Positions 26,412 through 28,563 of a stretch of 28,563 nucleotides of DNA are shown piece by piece; position 1 is the stretch's first letter; each line of letters opens with the position of its first letter. The DNA comes from a virus (taxonomy: Duplodnaviria; Caudoviricetes), in IMG/VR virus record IMGVR_UViG_3300030330_002590, positions 1 through 28,563 of that record. The stretch is one strand, 5' to 3'. The notes under the pieces were generated by a model. That model saw only the letters and a list, made by a program, of their open reading frames with translations. It had not been told where the DNA came from and did not search any database. Position numbers and translations under genes: made by a program.

Positions 26412-26911
26412 GAGGATTTGCCGCTCCACTCGTAGCCACAGGAGGGGCAGCGATGTTCGGTGGTGATGTCGTCGTCTACCTCAGCGAAGTCTTCTGGTGG
26501 CAAGACCTCTGCCTCTGTTTCGAGAATGCCGTCGAGATCGTCTTGCGAGAAGAACAGGGAGATGTCGTGCTGCTCGCCGAGACGGTTCAGCATCTCCTGA
26601 TCCCACTCGGAGAGGTCGGCGGTGCGGTTATCGGCGAGGGCAAGGCCAACCTTTTGCTCCTCGGTCAGGCCGGTGCGTCGGACAGCGATCACTTCGTCGC
26701 CGTCGGTCTCGATGACGCGGATCCGATCGATGCCGGCCTCCTTAGCGCCCTCGATAGTGCCGTTGCCAGCGAGGATGCGGTTGTCCTCGTCGATAACGAT
26801 TGAACGGGCGGCACCGTACCGCTGCAGGGACTCTTTAATTAGTTCTGCGGAACGATCGGTGCGCTTCCGTGCGTTTTTGTAATCAGACTTGAGGTCTTTG
26901 ATCGATGTCAC
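26408..26911 (-). CDS. ParB/Srx-like N-terminal domain protein with acidic linker and C-terminal CxxC ribbon
   Basis: NARK...SLQRYG...IVIDEDNRILAGNG...ALADNRTADLSEWD; HRCPSCGYEW. Confidence 0.82.
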   Translation of the reverse strand: MTSIKDLKSDYKNARKRTDRSAELIKESLQRYGAARSIVIDEDNRILAGNGTIEGAKEAGIDRIRVIETDGDEVIAVRRTGLTEEQKVGLALADNRTADLSEWDQEMLNRLGEQHDISLFFSQDDLDGILETEAEVLPPEDFAEVDDDITTEHRCPSCGYEWSGKSS

Positions 26912-27080
26912 TGGAGTTGTTTTTTATCGTCCAGTAAGACATTAGCTGCTTAATTTTCGGTTCCACAAGATGCATCGAGCTCACCGTCCCGACATATTCC
27001 CCAACTTGAATGCGGACGCAACCATCGTCGAGGGTGCGGATCTTTGCTGCGGGCGTAGGCGAGGTTGAGGCGTCGCTCAT
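26883..27080 (-). CDS. Hypothetical protein, about 65 aa (KIRTLDDGCVRIQVGEYVGTVSS); start uncertain
   Basis: Protein-like beta-rich sequence; overlaps both neighbours. Confidence 0.45.
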   Translation of the reverse strand: MSDASTSPTPAAKIRTLDDGCVRIQVGEYVGTVSSMHLVEPKIKQLMSYWTIKNNSSDIDQRPQV

Positions 27081-27144
27081 AGTCGAGGAAGGCGCGGAGC
27101 TCATTGTCATGCTGCGCGATGCGGAGGCGTTCGTCGAGGTTCAT
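26950..27144 (-). CDS. Hypothetical protein, 64 aa (MNLDERLRIAQHDNELRAFLDYERRLN)
   Basis: ATGA coupling to the 27141 stop; helical N-terminal half. Confidence 0.5.
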   Translation of the reverse strand: MNLDERLRIAQHDNELRAFLDYERRLNLAYARSKDPHPRRWLRPHSSWGICRDGELDASCGTEN

Positions 27145-27569
27145 TGTCGTGACGCTTGCCGTCGGAGTTCTTCTACCGTCACCTGAGCCCAAGCGATTGC
27201 TTGCTCTTTCATTGCTTGTCGAATCGAGGGAGTGATAGGCGCAGCAACGGCAAGTCGCGTCCTAAACCCAGATGCAGGACCACCACCCTTTAACACCCGA
27301 CCAACGTCGACGACGCAGGTCCAATCTTTCTTTGCCTCGATAACTTGACCGTCTTCGTCGAAAAAATCGATCGTCGGCGGAGAGTTACCCGTAGCAGTGT
27401 GCTGGTTCCATTCGCCTTCGATCTGCGGCCTAAAAAAGACAGGCTCGTCTGTGTTTTGGAACCATTCGGAGTCGACATCCATTTGATTGTCGAAGACTTC
27501 AGCCTGCTCGCCAGCGAGACGAATGTGCTTACTCTTCCGTTCTTGGCGACGCTTTGCGTTTTTACCCAT
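27141..27569 (-). CDS. Hypothetical protein, 142 aa
   Basis: ATG-started ORF in the operon direction; basic N-terminus. Confidence 0.7.
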   Translation of the reverse strand: MGKNAKRRQERKSKHIRLAGEQAEVFDNQMDVDSEWFQNTDEPVFFRPQIEGEWNQHTATGNSPPTIDFFDEDGQVIEAKKDWTCVVDVGRVLKGGGPASGFRTRLAVAAPITPSIRQAMKEQAIAWAQVTVEELRRQASRQ

Positions 27570-27598
27570 CGGGAGAAAATCGAGGATTACTGGTCAAG

Positions 27599-27775
27599 TC
27601 AGTCAATGGAACCTTCTTCTGTCTTAAAGGTCGAATCCATCGATTTCGCGATTGTTTCGAGCGCGTGCGCAATCCTGTAGAGAGGCGTCGAGCACAGAGC
27701 CAGCTCTTCAGGATTGAAAACCTCCTCGAGAGCATCTGCGATCTTCTTGAGATTCCTTGAGCGGTCGTATGTCAT
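27599..27775 (-). CDS. Hypothetical protein, 58 aa, with two [KR]IAxALE helical motifs (absent from ORF track)
   Basis: Hand translation MTYDRSRNLKKIADALEEVF...RIAHALETIAKS... Confidence 0.65.
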   Translation of the reverse strand: MTYDRSRNLKKIADALEEVFNPEELALCSTPLYRIAHALETIAKSMDSTFKTEEGSID

Positions 27776-27902
27776 GAGGAGGAAGAAGAGAATGGGGTGT
27801 CGGGGAGGGATCTAGCTCTCGCCCCCTAGAAGTCGAGAGTTGTCCGGCTTTTCCTGCGCAGCTCTGCAGGTGTTGTATGACCTGGAAGCCCCGACGGGAG
27901 GC

Positions 27903-28205
27903 TTAGTTCGTGCGGTTGAGGTACTCGAGCACCCAGAACCATATCTCTGTTGGGGCATACTGCCCGGCGACGTAGTAGGGGGTGCCGTCCTCGAGGATGC
28001 GGAGGCGTCCGTAGTTGCCTGGCACTAGAGGTTCCTCGCTCTGTATACGGACAGGATAGCGCCGGTGTACAGCGTCGCGCTGTCGACGCATCTCGTTGCC
28101 GTCCTGTCGCCATAGGCGTTGCGCTTCGGGGCCGTGCCCGTAGTCGCGCCAGTCCCGTCGGGCTTGGCTGCGGACGTAGGAGCGAAGGTCAGAGATCGTT
28201 TTCAT
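27903..28205 (-). CDS. Hypothetical protein, 100 aa
   Basis: ATG-started ORF; YYVAGQYAPTEI motif; followed by a GC hairpin. Confidence 0.7.
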   Translation of the reverse strand: MKTISDLRSYVRSQARRDWRDYGHGPEAQRLWRQDGNEMRRQRDAVHRRYPVRIQSEEPLVPGNYGRLRILEDGTPYYVAGQYAPTEIWFWVLEYLNRTN

Positions 28206-28470
28206 CGAATCCCTCCTCGAGCTCGAAACGGCGTTGGTCGCAGGGCTCTTCGCCTTCGTCGTCCTTTGTGTGGAAGGTTACGGTGAGGCCCTTGCGGTAG
28301 TAGGTCTTGAGGATCGCGATCTCCTCGCCGTCGCTGCGGCAGACGCCGGAGGTGAACAGGGTGTCGGTTTCGGGGTCGCGGATCTCGTAGCGGCAGACCT
28401 CGTAGGTCCGCTCGGCGGTTTCTTCGAGCCACTCCTGGAGGGCTAGAGACTGGTGGAAGGCGTCAGGCAT
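28189..28470 (-). CDS. Hypothetical acidic protein, 93 aa
   Basis: ATG-started ORF tiled with both neighbours. Confidence 0.65.
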   Translation of the reverse strand: MPDAFHQSLALQEWLEETAERTYEVCRYEIRDPETDTLFTSGVCRSDGEEIAILKTYYRKGLTVTFHTKDDEGEEPCDQRRFELEEGFDENDL

Positions 28471-28561
28471 TGAGCTGTAAGGCGAGACCCCGAAGGGAGG
28501 ACATTGAGAGGGTGACGTCTGCGCCGCCTTCGAGCTTGAAGACGTAGTAACGGCACTGGTC
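28463..28561 (-). CDS. 3' end of a gene truncated by the window edge
   Basis: Open frame DQCRYYVFKLEGGADVTLSMSSLRGLALQLNA*; stop overlaps the next start. Confidence 0.5.
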   Translation of the reverse strand, partial: DQCRYYVFKLEGGADVTLSMSSLRGLALQLNA

Positions 28562-28563
28562 GG

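Noticed and set aside
26408-26911. ParB as evidence of a plasmid-prophage partition system
   Set aside because: No ParA, HTH/dimerisation domain or parS repeats seen; ParB-like N-domains are common next to phage modification and terminase genes.
27776-27902. tRNA gene in the structured gap
   Set aside because: No cloverleaf or T-loop GTTCRA consensus found on either strand.

Overview
The window is most of the morphogenesis arm of a tailed dsDNA phage (siphovirus with a lambda-like M-L-K-I-J tail tip). The host is probably a marine picocyanobacterium, inferred from a cyanophage-type small outer-membrane protein and a Yfr1-like RNA motif. Nearly all genes are on the minus strand. In transcription order (right to left): small hypothetical genes; ParB-like protein; C5-cytosine DNA transferase; AsnB-like amidotransferase; CmoA-like enzyme; small and large terminase; portal; MuF head protein with a C-terminal ADP-ribosyltransferase and a small candidate immunity gene; a cluster of very basic small proteins; scaffold; major capsid; neck; tail tube; G/GT chaperones with a -1 frameshift; tape measure; tail tip; S74-chaperoned tail fibre; and small accessory genes. 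The main finding is a DNA hypermodification cassette translationally coupled to the terminase genes. Its C5-MTase has Arg in place of the motif X Asn, which predicts carboxy-SAM use (5-carboxymethylcytosine), with likely amidation by the AsnB-like enzyme. Other findings are the MuF-ART toxin pair, a Yfr1-like element in the OMP 3' UTR, and repeated GGC-UGU-GCC hairpins ahead of the scaffold and capsid genes. No CRISPR array, tRNA, integrase or lysis gene was recognised. All family assignments come from motif recognition and gene order; no database searches were run.
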